The notes beneath the pieces were generated by a model, which was not told the origin of the DNA, made no database searches, and saw only the letters and a list, made by a program, of their open reading frames with translations. The position numbers and the translations under genes were made by a program. A stretch of 64,000 nucleotides of DNA, taken from an uncultured Hydrogenophaga sp. Its GTDB lineage: Bacteria; Pseudomonadota; Gammaproteobacteria; Burkholderiales; Burkholderiaceae_C. The stretch spans positions 10,335 through 74,334 of the forward strand of contig CAZYUD010000009.1 in NCBI GenBank assembly GCA_964650505.1. Direction: 5' to 3'. Shown one piece after another: positions 49,313-59,078 of the stretch (positions within the stretch are counted from its first letter, which is position 1; each line of letters begins with the position of its first letter).

Positions 49313-49482
49313 CAACCCTTTCTGTCCTGCCTGCCCAACGCGAGACCGCGCGGCACCGGTTTCACACCGCACCGATTGTCCGCTGTCGGCGCCGCTTGGG
49401 GGCGGCGACTGTCTCGCATTTGCTTGGGGCGGCGTCGCGCTAAATTTACAAACGGGTGGTTCGTTACCACACAAGGTCCTCC

Positions 49483-50385
49483 ATGATCGAACGGTTTTCA
49501 GGCACCACCGCCGTCATCACCGGCGCCGGCTCGGGCTTTGGCCTAGAGCTGGCCCGTTTGTGCGCCCAGCGCGGCATGCGCCTGGCGTTGGTCGATGTGC
49601 AAGCCGACGCGCTGGCCGCCGCCACCGATGAGCTGACAGGGCAGGGCGCCGAGGTGTTGGCGCAGCGGGTGGACGTGGCCAGCGCCAGCGAGATGCAGGC
49701 CCTGGCCGACGCGGTGGTGGCGCGTTTTGGTGCACCCCACCTGGTGTTCAACAACGCCGGTGTAGGTTCGGGCGGGCTGATTTGGGAAAACTCGGTCGCC
49801 GACTGGGAATGGGTGCTGGGCGTGAACCTGTGGGGCGTGATCCACGGGGTGCGCTTGTTCACCCCGCTGATGCTCGCCGCCGCGCAAGCCGACCCCAGCT
49901 ACCGCGGGCACATCGTCAACACCGCCAGCATGGCGGGCTTGCTGACGCCACCCAATATGGGGGTGTACAACGTCAGCAAACACGCGGTGGTCAGCCTCAC
50001 CGAGACGCTGTACCAAGACCTGAAGTTGGTGAGCGACCAGGTGAGTGCCAGCGTGTTGTGTCCCTACTTTGTGCCCACCGGCATCGCCAAGAGCCACCGC
50101 AACCGCCCGGTGGCCTTGCGATCTGAAGCGCCGACGCAGAGCCAATTGATCGGCCAGGCCATGACCGCCAAAGCGGTGGACTCTGGCAAGGTCAGCGCGG
50201 CCGATGTGGCGGCGCTGGTGCTCGACGCGGTACAGCACGACCGCTTCTACATCTACAGCCACCCGCAGGCCTTGGGCAACGCCCGCACGCGTTTTGACGC
50301 GGTGGTGGCTGGCGCCAACCCGCCCGACCCGTTTGCCGAGCGGCCCGACATTGGGCGGGCGTTGCGCCAAGCGCTGCGCGGCTGA
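49483..50385 (+). CDS. SDR-family oxidoreductase
   Basis: TGAGSGFGLELARL, NNAGVGS and YNVSKHAV motifs. Confidence 0.85.
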   Translation: MIERFSGTTAVITGAGSGFGLELARLCAQRGMRLALVDVQADALAAATDELTGQGAEVLAQRVDVASASEMQALADAVVARFGAPHLVFNNAGVGSGGLIWENSVADWEWVLGVNLWGVIHGVRLFTPLMLAAAQADPSYRGHIVNTASMAGLLTPPNMGVYNVSKHAVVSLTETLYQDLKLVSDQVSASVLCPYFVPTGIAKSHRNRPVALRSEAPTQSQLIGQAMTAKAVDSGKVSAADVAALVLDAVQHDRFYIYSHPQALGNARTRFDAVVAGANPPDPFAERPDIGRALRQALRG

Positions 50386-50393
50386 GCGCTGCC

Positions 50394-51503
50394 TTAGGCG
50401 CGCTCGCTTGAGGCAGCGGCCAAGCCCTGTGCCAGCGCCAAAGCCGACAGCGGCGCGCAGCCCTCGGCCTTGTTGCTGATGGTCACATAGGCGTTTTGGC
50501 CCGCGCCTGTCACGCCACGCACCGTGCGCACCAGCAGGGCGCGGGTGTCGTCGTCCACATCGTGGATGCGGTCATACGGTTCATAAGACCGTTGCGCGTC
50601 TTCATACCCATAAGCGCCGTGCAGCGGGTTCAGGTTCCAGCGGCAGACCATGGGCCCGGGCCACAGGGCGCGCAGCAGCGGCAGTTGTTCGGCCAAACGC
50701 GGCATCTTGGCGTGCAGGCCCAGGCAATAGGTGGCCCCGCTGTCTTTGAGCACCGCCGCCAGCTGCGGCGCCACCGTGGGCGACAGCCACTCGGGGTCGC
50801 GCACCTCCACCGCCACCACACCGTCGCGGGTGGCGCTCCGCACATCGGGCAGGGCTTGCAGCATGGCGCGCAGGCGCTCCAGCAGCCAGGGCAGGCGCTG
50901 CAATAGCGAAAACGGCAGGGGGCTGAGCTGAAACACCAGCGCGCCCACCTTGTCGCCCAGACCGGTGAGCGCGGGGGTGATGAACTCCTGCGTCGCCAGC
51001 ACCGGATCCAGAAACGCGGTGTTCGGCTGGCGACCCTGGCCGTGTTCGCCGCGCACCAGGGCGTCCGTCACCAAGGCCGGTGCTTTCACCACAAAACGGA
51101 AGTCGTCCGGCACCTGGGCGGCAAAGCGTGCGTACTGGGTGTCGGTCAGCGGGCGGTAAAACGAGCGGTCGATGCACACGCAGCGCATCAGCGGGTGTTG
51201 GGTGTAGGCGCTCAGCCCGTTCTTGGCCAGCACCGCTTCGGAATAAGGCCCTTCGTCCCAGACGATGCCGGCCCAACCGGGATAGCTCCAAGTGGACGCA
51301 CCCAGGCGCGCGCGCGGGTTCAGGCGCTGCGCCAGCGCTTGGGTGTCGGCGCTGTGCTCCAGCGCGCGCACCTCGCCAGCGCGGCGGCGTGCGGCCGCCG
51401 ACAGTGTGGCTGGTGTGGAAAGACCATGGGGCTCGGGCGGTGCGGGTGGTGCACCAAACAAATCATCCTGCATGGGGTGATGCGGTAGCTGCTTGTGCCA
51501 CAT
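50394..51503 (-). CDS. DUF72 (UPF0759) family protein with a ~60-aa N-terminal extension
   Basis: LGASTWSYPGWAGIVWDE...LMRCVCIDRSFYRP is the DUF72 N-terminal signature. The true start is possibly at 51473. Confidence 0.7.
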   Translation of the reverse strand: MWHKQLPHHPMQDDLFGAPPAPPEPHGLSTPATLSAAARRRAGEVRALEHSADTQALAQRLNPRARLGASTWSYPGWAGIVWDEGPYSEAVLAKNGLSAYTQHPLMRCVCIDRSFYRPLTDTQYARFAAQVPDDFRFVVKAPALVTDALVRGEHGQGRQPNTAFLDPVLATQEFITPALTGLGDKVGALVFQLSPLPFSLLQRLPWLLERLRAMLQALPDVRSATRDGVVAVEVRDPEWLSPTVAPQLAAVLKDSGATYCLGLHAKMPRLAEQLPLLRALWPGPMVCRWNLNPLHGAYGYEDAQRSYEPYDRIHDVDDDTRALLVRTVRGVTGAGQNAYVTISNKAEGCAPLSALALAQGLAAASSERA

Positions 51504-51704
51504 GGTAGCCCCAGCGGTTGCCCAAGCGCTCCGGGCCTGTGTCAGTGACAGAGTTCACGAAAATAATGCTTTAGAACCCATGTGGCACTTTGTTTTTAAT
51601 ATTTAACGGTTTAGCATGCATCAAAAATAATAAAAAGTTACCTTAAAAGCACTTGACTGAGTTTGTCATTTTTGCAGAGGTGACCAGACCACAGGGCTTG
51701 TTTT

Positions 51705-52322
51705 ATGTTCCAACACCAGGAGAACGCCGTGCTGCACTACACCAATCTGATCTGGCAAGTGGTCGGTTTGCTGATGCTGTTTTGCATCTTGTTGGACGCG
51801 TTGGCGTGTGAGATTCGCCAACGCCAAGTGCCGGTGATCCACGTTGTGTTGCTGTTGGTGGTGGGCCTGTTGTGGCACGGGGTGGACATGGCCCAGCCGG
51901 GCGAAGGCTTTTTCAGCAGCCAGATGGGGCCGGCCGGCATGGTGTTTGCCGCCCTGGGCGCGGTCACCGCAGGGCTTCTGTGTTTGCCCTTGCTCTTGGT
52001 GGGTCGCTTGCGCTTTTCACAGGTTTGTTTGGCCGCTGGGGTGGGGGCATTTGCGGGGTTCCAGGCGGTGATCGATGTGGTGCTGTTTGGAGCGGTCGCC
52101 TACTTGGTGCTGTATGTGGTGGCGGCATGGTCGGGGCCGGGGTATCTGGCGTTCTTGCGCCAACTGGCACACGCGCTGGAGCATTGGGTGCCCGGATCGC
52201 GGGGGGTGGTCTACCGTGGCCGCGGCACACCCGCCATGCCCGCGTCCTTGGTGATGGCTGGCGCTCTGTGCCTGTATGGGCTGTGGATTGCGCTGGGCCT
52301 GTCGCCCATTGTGCGGCTCTAA
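51705..52322 (+). CDS. Polytopic membrane protein, possibly an A24-family prepilin peptidase (CpaA/TadV-like)
   Basis: Five or six TM helices. ILLDALACEIRQRQVP resembles the first catalytic-Asp motif (D..R.IP) of A24 peptidases. It is preceded by a 150-bp AT-rich region. Confidence 0.35.
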   Translation: MFQHQENAVLHYTNLIWQVVGLLMLFCILLDALACEIRQRQVPVIHVVLLLVVGLLWHGVDMAQPGEGFFSSQMGPAGMVFAALGAVTAGLLCLPLLLVGRLRFSQVCLAAGVGAFAGFQAVIDVVLFGAVAYLVLYVVAAWSGPGYLAFLRQLAHALEHWVPGSRGVVYRGRGTPAMPASLVMAGALCLYGLWIALGLSPIVRL

Positions 52323-52415
52323 AACGGCAGCGTACCGAGCGCCCCCAGGGGCTGTGGCACACTCTGCCGCTTCGTTCGGTACCCGGGCGCCTGATGGGCG
52401 CCTTTTTCTTGCCCC

Positions 52416-54782
52416 ATGCAAAAAATCCTTTCGCAGATCGCCCAAGAAATCAAGGTCAACCTGGCCCAGGTCAAAGCGGCGGTTGATTTGCTCGACGGTG
52501 GCGCCACCGTCCCCTTTATTGCCCGTTACCGCAAAGAGGCCACTGGCGGCCTCGACGACATCCAGCTGCGCGAGTTGGAATACCGCCTGGGCTATTTGCG
52601 CGAACTGGAAGACCGGCGCGCCGCGGTCATCAAAAGCATCCAGGAGCAGGGCAAGCTCACGCCTGAGCTGCTGGCCGCCATTGAGGCCGCCCCCACCAAA
52701 CAAGAACTCGAAGACTTGTATTTGCCCTACAAGCCCAAGCGCCGCACCAAGGGCATGATCGCCCGCGAGGGGGGCATTGAGCCGCTGGCCGACAAGCTGC
52801 TGGCCGACCCGACGCTGGACCCGGCCGCCGAGGCCCAAGCCTTCACCAGCCCGGTGGGCACGGTGGAAGGCGCCGATTTCAGCACCGTGCCCGCCGTGCT
52901 CGACGGCGTGCGCGACATCCTCTCCGAGCGCTGGGCAGAAGACGCGGCGCTGGTGCAAGGCCTGCGCGAATGGCTGTGGACCGAGGGCCTGCTGCAAAGC
53001 AAGCTGGTGGCCGGCAAGGACGAAAACCACCCCGATGTGGCCAAGTTCCGCGATTACTTTGATTACGACGAGCCGATTGGCCGTGTGCCCAGCCACCGCG
53101 CACTGGCGGTGTTTCGCGGCCGTGCGCTGGAGATCTTGGACGCCAAGCTGGTGTTGCCCGAGATGCCCGAGCCAGGGCAACCGAGCTTGGCCGAAGGCCG
53201 CATTGCGCTGCACCTGGGCTGGAGCCACGCCGGCCGCAAGGCCGACGACCTGCTGCGCAAATGTGTGGCCTGGACTTGGCGTGTGAAGCTGAGCCTGAGC
53301 ACCGAGCGCGATCTGTTTGCCCGCCTGCGCGACAACGCCGAGGCGGTGGCGATCAAGGTGTTTGCCGACAACCTGCGCGACCTGCTGCTGGCCGCGCCCG
53401 CCGGGCCGAAGGCGGTGATGGGTCTGGACCCCGGCATCCGCACTGGCGTGAAAGTGGCCGTGGTGGACGCCACTGGCAAGCTGGTGGACACCGCCACCGT
53501 CTATCCCCACGAACCGCGCCGCGATTGGGACGGTTCGTTGTTTACGCTCGCCAAGCTGTGTGAGAAACACGGCGTCGACCTGATCGCCATTGGCAACGGC
53601 ACCGCCAGCCGCGAAACCGACAAGCTCGCCGGCGACCTGATCAAACAACTGGCCAAGCTGCACCCGGACCACGCCATCACCAAGGTGGTGGTGAGCGAGG
53701 CCGGCGCGTCGGTGTATTCCGCCAGCGAATTCGCCAGCCAGGAAATGCCCGATGTGGACGTGAGCCTGCGCGGCGCCGCGTCCATCGCCCGCCGCTTGCA
53801 AGACCCGCTGGCCGAGCTGGTCAAGATCGACCCCAAATCGATTGGCGTGGGCCAGTACCAGCACGACGTGAACCAGAGTGAACTCGCCCGCACGCTGGAC
53901 GCGGTGGTGGAAGACTGCGTGAACTCGGTCGGGGTGGACCTGAACACCGCGAGCGTGCCGCTGCTGTCCCGCGTGTCGGGCCTGTCGGCGTCTGTCGCCA
54001 AAGCGGTGGTGCGCTGGCGCGAAGCCAACGGCGCGTTCAAAAGCCGACAAGAGCTGCTCAAGGTCACTGGCCTGGGCCCCAAGTCGTTTGAACAAAGCGC
54101 GGGCTTTTTGCGCATCCGCGCCGGCGACAACCCGCTGGACATGACCGGTGTGCACCCCGAGGCCTATCCGGTGGTCGAAGCGATTGTTGAAAAATCGGGC
54201 AAACCGGTGGCCGAATTGATGGGCCGCGCCGACATGCTCAAAACCCTGCGGCCCGAGCTGTTTGCCAACGAGCGTTTTGGGGTCATCACCGTCAAAGACA
54301 TTTTGGGTGAGCTGGAGAAACCCGGCCGCGACCCGCGCCCCGACTTCCAGGTGGCGCGCTTCAACGAGGGGGTCGAAGACATCGCCGACCTCAAAGAAGG
54401 CATGGTGCTCGAAGGCACGGTCAGCAACGTGGCGCAGTTTGGCGCCTTTGTGGACCTGGGTGTGCACCAAGACGGCTTGGTGCATGTGAGCCAGCTCAGC
54501 AACAAGTTTGTCAACGACGCGCGCGAAGTGGTCAAGACCGGCGACATCGTCAAGGTCAAGGTGCTTGAGGTCGATGCTGCCCGCAAGCGCATCAGCCTGA
54601 CCATGAAGCTCGACGCCGCGCCGGCCCGCAAAGACGGCCCGCGCGACAACCGCTTTGAACACGCGCCGCGCGGCCACAGCCCACGCGGTGGCGGTGGCTA
54701 CAGCGGCGGTCGCCAAGACAGCAACGCGGGCGCGGGTGCCATGGCCTCGGCCTTTGCCAAGCTGCAAGGCTTGAAGCGCTGA
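52416..54782 (+). CDS. tex: Transcription accessory protein Tex (S1 RNA-binding)
   Basis: MQKILSQIAQEIKVNLAQVKAAVDLLDGGATVPFIARYRKE, then a YqgF/HhH region and a C-terminal S1 domain (GMVLEGTVSNVAQFGAFVDLGVHQDGLVHVS). Confidence 0.95.
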   Translation: MQKILSQIAQEIKVNLAQVKAAVDLLDGGATVPFIARYRKEATGGLDDIQLRELEYRLGYLRELEDRRAAVIKSIQEQGKLTPELLAAIEAAPTKQELEDLYLPYKPKRRTKGMIAREGGIEPLADKLLADPTLDPAAEAQAFTSPVGTVEGADFSTVPAVLDGVRDILSERWAEDAALVQGLREWLWTEGLLQSKLVAGKDENHPDVAKFRDYFDYDEPIGRVPSHRALAVFRGRALEILDAKLVLPEMPEPGQPSLAEGRIALHLGWSHAGRKADDLLRKCVAWTWRVKLSLSTERDLFARLRDNAEAVAIKVFADNLRDLLLAAPAGPKAVMGLDPGIRTGVKVAVVDATGKLVDTATVYPHEPRRDWDGSLFTLAKLCEKHGVDLIAIGNGTASRETDKLAGDLIKQLAKLHPDHAITKVVVSEAGASVYSASEFASQEMPDVDVSLRGAASIARRLQDPLAELVKIDPKSIGVGQYQHDVNQSELARTLDAVVEDCVNSVGVDLNTASVPLLSRVSGLSASVAKAVVRWREANGAFKSRQELLKVTGLGPKSFEQSAGFLRIRAGDNPLDMTGVHPEAYPVVEAIVEKSGKPVAELMGRADMLKTLRPELFANERFGVITVKDILGELEKPGRDPRPDFQVARFNEGVEDIADLKEGMVLEGTVSNVAQFGAFVDLGVHQDGLVHVSQLSNKFVNDAREVVKTGDIVKVKVLEVDAARKRISLTMKLDAAPARKDGPRDNRFEHAPRGHSPRGGGGYSGGRQDSNAGAGAMASAFAKLQGLKR

Positions 54783-54793
54783 AGGGCGGATCG

Positions 54794-55891
54794 GTGGCCC
54801 AGCGCGCGCTCCGCCTGTACGCCGGACCAGCGGCGCTGGCGCACATCCGCACCCACGGCCTGCGGCCCGAACACATTGGTGCCATCCCGGGCGCGGCCGG
54901 TGGGCCGAAAGGGCTCATCCTGGGTCCGCTCGACCGCTTTATTTTTGGCGACTGGCTCACGCAGGGCATTCAGCCGGTGCACCTGATCGGCGCGTCCATT
55001 GGCGCTTGGCGCATGGCCACCGCCGCGTTGACCGACCCAGTGCCGGCTTTTGAGCGGCTGCAGCGCGACTACATCGCCCAGCACTACGAGCTGCCCGTCG
55101 GACAAAAGCGGCCCAGCGCCGAGCAAGTGAGCCGCGAGTTTGGCCACAACCTGCAGGCCTTTTACGGCGGGCGCATCGGCGAGGTGCTGAGCCACCCGCG
55201 CTACCACCTGCATGTGATCGCCTCGCGCGGCAAAGGTGTGTTGCGGCGCGAACACCGGCTGCTCACCCCGCTGGGCTACGGCGCGGCTTTTGTGGCCAAC
55301 GCGCTGCAGCGCCGCGCGCTCGGGGGCTTGTTGGAGCGGGTGGTGTTTTCCAGCCCGGGGCAGGGCGGGGCGTCGGCCGCCGCACCGTTTGCCTTGGACG
55401 ACTTTCCGAGCCGCCAGTTGCCGCTGACGGCCACCAACTTCATGCCGGCGGTGCAGGCCAGTTGCTCGATCCCGTTTGCGCTGCAAGCGGTGCACGACAT
55501 TCCGGGGGCGCCGCCCGGTGCGTATTGGGACGGCGGCATCACCGATTACCACCTGCACCTGCGCTATCAGCCGCCGGCGGGCAGCCCCATCGTGCTGTAC
55601 CCGCATTTCCAGCGCCAAGTGGTGCCCGGCTGGCTCGACAAGGCCTTGAAGCACCGCCACCGCGCCACAGCGGCGCTCGACCACATGCTGCTGCTCGCGC
55701 CCGACCCGCAGTGGGTGGCGGGTTTGCCCAATGGCAAGCTGCCCGACCGGCACGACTTTATGACCTACGCCAATGACCTGCCCGGCCGCATGCGGGTGTG
55801 GACCGGGGCCGCGCAGGCGGCGCAACAGCTGGCCGACGAGTTCGCCGACTGGCTGCGGCAGCCCGAGGTGCGGTGCGTCGAAACCCTGTGA
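54794..55891 (+). CDS. Patatin-like phospholipase family protein
   Basis: A Gly-rich oxyanion region AAGGPKGL. The nucleophile elbow GASIGA is a GxSxG motif. A DGG catalytic Asp (YWDGGITDY) is present. It starts 12 nt after tex. Confidence 0.7.
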   Translation: MAQRALRLYAGPAALAHIRTHGLRPEHIGAIPGAAGGPKGLILGPLDRFIFGDWLTQGIQPVHLIGASIGAWRMATAALTDPVPAFERLQRDYIAQHYELPVGQKRPSAEQVSREFGHNLQAFYGGRIGEVLSHPRYHLHVIASRGKGVLRREHRLLTPLGYGAAFVANALQRRALGGLLERVVFSSPGQGGASAAAPFALDDFPSRQLPLTATNFMPAVQASCSIPFALQAVHDIPGAPPGAYWDGGITDYHLHLRYQPPAGSPIVLYPHFQRQVVPGWLDKALKHRHRATAALDHMLLLAPDPQWVAGLPNGKLPDRHDFMTYANDLPGRMRVWTGAAQAAQQLADEFADWLRQPEVRCVETL

Positions 55892-56078
55892 GTTGGCGCG
55901 ATCGGTGTGAAGTCCTGAAGACTGTGGCGTTTTGCCCGCGCAGCAGGGATTCACAAATGGCAAAAGCCGCCAAAGCGCCGCACAAACCCGCATAATTGCC
56001 GCCAGCGGACGATGGCGTATTTACCTATTTTGATGGAAAATACGCGGTTTGCCATATTTTCCAATTCAGGGTGCCAAC

Positions 56079-56777
56079 ATGTCGGTGATTGCGTACAAGT
56101 TGTCCTTCGACAATGGGGAGGCGGTGGAGTTTTCGGTGGACACGGAACGCCAGTCACCCACCGAGGGCATCGGGCTCAAGCCATTCTGGACCCGCTTGGG
56201 CCACCACCAGTGCCCGAATTGCCCACTGGCTGCGCGCCCGGGGCGCTACTGCCCGGCAGCGCTCGACATCGAGCACATTGTCGACAGCTTTGCGCATGTG
56301 GAGTCGCACGCGCAGGTCCAGGTAGAGGTGCGCATTGGCGAGCGCACCCACAACAAACGCACCGACGTGCAGTCCGCTCTGCGTTCCCTCCTGGGCTTGA
56401 GTCTGGCCACCAGCTCTTGTCCGGTGCTGTCGCAAATGAAGGGGCCCGGGCGTTTGCACATGCCCTTTGCTACGGTCGAGGAAACCCTGTTTCGCATGGT
56501 TGGCGCCTATTTTGTGGGGCAGTATTTGAAAGCCCGCAAAGGCAAATTGCCCGATTTCAGTCTCGACAGCCTCAGCCGCATGTACGAAGAGGTGCAAACC
56601 GTCAACCAGCACCTGAAAAAGCGCTTGGACGACGCGGTGCTGCGCGACGCCAACGTCAACGCGGTGGTGTCGCTGATGTCGGTGGCGATGTTGGTGTCGT
56701 TTTCGCTCGACCAGCAGCTCGAAGAGCTGGAGCCGTTTGCCATCCACACCGGTTTTGGCGCTCCTGGCGCCTTGTGA
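56079..56777 (+). CDS. Hypothetical protein with a CPNCP...C cysteine motif
   Basis: MSVIAYKLSFDNGEAVEFSVDTERQSP...HHQCPNCPLAARPGRYCPAALD. No known domain was recognised. It is preceded by an AT-rich palindrome GGAAAATA-N12-TATTTTCC. Confidence 0.5.
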   Translation: MSVIAYKLSFDNGEAVEFSVDTERQSPTEGIGLKPFWTRLGHHQCPNCPLAARPGRYCPAALDIEHIVDSFAHVESHAQVQVEVRIGERTHNKRTDVQSALRSLLGLSLATSSCPVLSQMKGPGRLHMPFATVEETLFRMVGAYFVGQYLKARKGKLPDFSLDSLSRMYEEVQTVNQHLKKRLDDAVLRDANVNAVVSLMSVAMLVSFSLDQQLEELEPFAIHTGFGAPGAL

Positions 56778-56795
56778 GCGCCACGGGGTGTGGGC

Positions 56796-57932
56796 TCACA
56801 GGCTGGTGCTGAGCATGGTGCGGTAATCGTCCGCGCTGGCCAAGCGCGGGTTGGTTTTGTGGCAATGGTCGGCCAAGGCGCCGTCCACCACCCGCACAAA
56901 CAGGTCTTCGCCCACGCCCAAAGCGCCCAAGCCAGCGGGCAATCCCAGGCGCGCGTTCATGTCGCGGATCGCCGGCCCCACATCGGTGCCAGACGCCAAG
57001 CCCATGGCCTGCGCCATGCGCGTCAGGCGGTCTTCGCGGCGCACCGATTCGGCCTCGGCGTTGAAGGCCAACACCGACGGCAAAAACAGCGCATTCAACG
57101 TGCCGTGGTGCAGGCGCGGGTTGACGCCGCCCAAGCTGTGGCTGAGCGAATGCACACAGCCCAGGCCTTTTTGAAACGCCATGGCGCCGTGCATGCTGGC
57201 GCACATCATTTCGCGCCGGGCGTCGCGGTCGGTGCCATTGCGGGTGGCGCGCTCAATGTGCGCCCAGCCCCGGCGCAGGCCTTCGAGTGCAATGCCATCG
57301 GCCGGCGGGTTAAAGGCCGGCGCCAAAAAAGTCTCCATGCAGTGCGCAATCGCGTCCATGCCGGTGGCGGCCGTCAGTAGGGGTGGCAGGCCCAGGGTGA
57401 GTTCGGGATCGAGCAGGGCGGTTTTGGGCACCAGGTGCCAGCTGTGAAAACCCAGCTTGCGCCCGTCGTCCACGATCAAAATGGCGCCGCGCGCCACCTC
57501 GCTGCCGGTGCCGGCGGTGGTGGGCACCGCTATCAAGGGTGGCACGCTGTCGGTGATCTTGGGCGAGCCGCCTTCGATGGTGGCGTAGGTCTTGAGCGGC
57601 CCGGGGTGCGCCACGGCAATCGCCACCCCCTTGGCGCAGTCGATGGCGCTGCCACCGCCCAGGGCGATCAGTCCGTCGCAACTCTCGGCCACAAACACCG
57701 CCGCCGCCGCGCGCACCGCCGCTTCGGTCGGGTTGGCGGGGGTTTGGTCAAACACCGCCGCCATGCCAGCGGGCAGCTGGGCCAACACCTTGTCCAGCAA
57801 GCCCGCAGCGCGGATGCCGGGGTCGGTCACGATCAGCGGGCGGGCCATGCCCACGCGCTCGCATTCGTCTCGCAGGCGCTGCACCACGCCAAAGTCGAGC
57901 AAGATGTTGGTGATGTACAAAATCTGGGACAT
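56796..57932 (-). CDS. Iron-containing (group III) alcohol dehydrogenase
   Basis: GGGSAIDCAKG glycine-rich NAD motif. His-rich iron-binding region HCMETF...HSLSH. The ORF-track entry 56796..58961 over-extends in the wrong context. Confidence 0.85.
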   Translation of the reverse strand: MSQILYITNILLDFGVVQRLRDECERVGMARPLIVTDPGIRAAGLLDKVLAQLPAGMAAVFDQTPANPTEAAVRAAAAVFVAESCDGLIALGGGSAIDCAKGVAIAVAHPGPLKTYATIEGGSPKITDSVPPLIAVPTTAGTGSEVARGAILIVDDGRKLGFHSWHLVPKTALLDPELTLGLPPLLTAATGMDAIAHCMETFLAPAFNPPADGIALEGLRRGWAHIERATRNGTDRDARREMMCASMHGAMAFQKGLGCVHSLSHSLGGVNPRLHHGTLNALFLPSVLAFNAEAESVRREDRLTRMAQAMGLASGTDVGPAIRDMNARLGLPAGLGALGVGEDLFVRVVDGALADHCHKTNPRLASADDYRTMLSTSL

Positions 57933-58001
57933 GCGCGGTTCCGGTAAGGTTGAGGGTGTCGCCAAAACTATCACCGCCGCCGTGGCGGTGCTGTCGCCCG
58001 C

Positions 58002-59003
58002 ATGTCGCTGCACCAAAGCCCCCGCCATTTGCTCACCCCCGCCATGCGCGGGGTGATCGACCGCATCCACCGCGCCGGCCATCCGCCGATGCATGCCATG
58101 AGCCCGCAGCAAGCCCGCGCGTTTTACGAAGCCGGCGCCGGCGTGCTCGACATACCGCCGCACAAGATGGCGCGCGATGAGGCGCAGCACATTCCCACCC
58201 GCGACGGCCACACCCTGGCCGCGCGGCTGTGGGTGCCGCACAGCGCCGAGCCGGCCGCCAATGCCCATGGGCAACTGCCGGTGCTGCTGTACCTGCACGG
58301 CGGCGGCTTCACCGTGGGCAGCGTGGCCACCCACGCGGCCCTGTGCCGCCACCTGGCCCACCTGGCCCACTGCGCGGTGCTGTCGGTGGACTACCGGCTG
58401 GCGCCCGAGCACAAGTTCCCCACCGCCGTGTTTGACGCTTGGGACAGCCTGGCCTGGCTGCGCGAACAGGCCGCCGCCCTGGGCTTGGACGCGACCCGCA
58501 TCGCGGTGGGCGGCGACAGCGCGGGCGGCACCCTGGCGATTGCCACCGCCTTGCACGCGCGCGACCAAGGCTGGCCGTTGCGCCTGCAGCTGTTGTTTTA
58601 CCCCGGCTGTGTGGGCTACCAAGACACACCAAGCCACCGGCAATTTGCCCAAGGCTTCATATTGGAAGAGCCCCACATCCGCTACTTTTTTAGCCACTAT
58701 CTGCGCAACGACGCCGATCGGGACGACTGGCGTTTTGCGCCGCTCGACGGTGTGGACGAACAGGGCCAACAGACCGACCCCAGCGGCATGGCCCCGGCTT
58801 GGATTGGCCTGGCCGAATGCGACCCCCTGGTGGACGAGGGCGTGGCCTGGGGCGACCACCTGCGCCTGCACGGTGTGCCGGTGGATATCGAGATTTACCG
58901 GGGCGTGGTGCACGGCTTCATCCAGTTTGGCCGCGCCATTCCCGAGGCCTTGCAGGCCCACAACGACGCGGGCAGGGCGCTGCGGCAGGCCTTCGAGAAC
59001 TAA
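58002..59003 (+). CDS. Alpha/beta hydrolase (esterase/lipase, HSL-like fold-3)
   Basis: HGGGF oxyanion motif and GDSAGG nucleophile elbow. The catalytic His context VHGF is present. An alternative start exists at ~58044. Confidence 0.8.
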   Translation: MSLHQSPRHLLTPAMRGVIDRIHRAGHPPMHAMSPQQARAFYEAGAGVLDIPPHKMARDEAQHIPTRDGHTLAARLWVPHSAEPAANAHGQLPVLLYLHGGGFTVGSVATHAALCRHLAHLAHCAVLSVDYRLAPEHKFPTAVFDAWDSLAWLREQAAALGLDATRIAVGGDSAGGTLAIATALHARDQGWPLRLQLLFYPGCVGYQDTPSHRQFAQGFILEEPHIRYFFSHYLRNDADRDDWRFAPLDGVDEQGQQTDPSGMAPAWIGLAECDPLVDEGVAWGDHLRLHGVPVDIEIYRGVVHGFIQFGRAIPEALQAHNDAGRALRQAFEN

Positions 59004-59078
59004 TTTCTATCTGGCAATTTCTTTCATTGTTTGCAAAAATGTCAACATTGTTTGTCTTAGACATTTTTGGAGATTTGA

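Noticed and set aside
56796-58961. 721-aa ORF-track entry for the alcohol dehydrogenase.
   Set aside because: Only the C-terminal 378 aa are Fe-ADH. The upstream 340 aa are an out-of-frame read across the divergently transcribed esterase gene.
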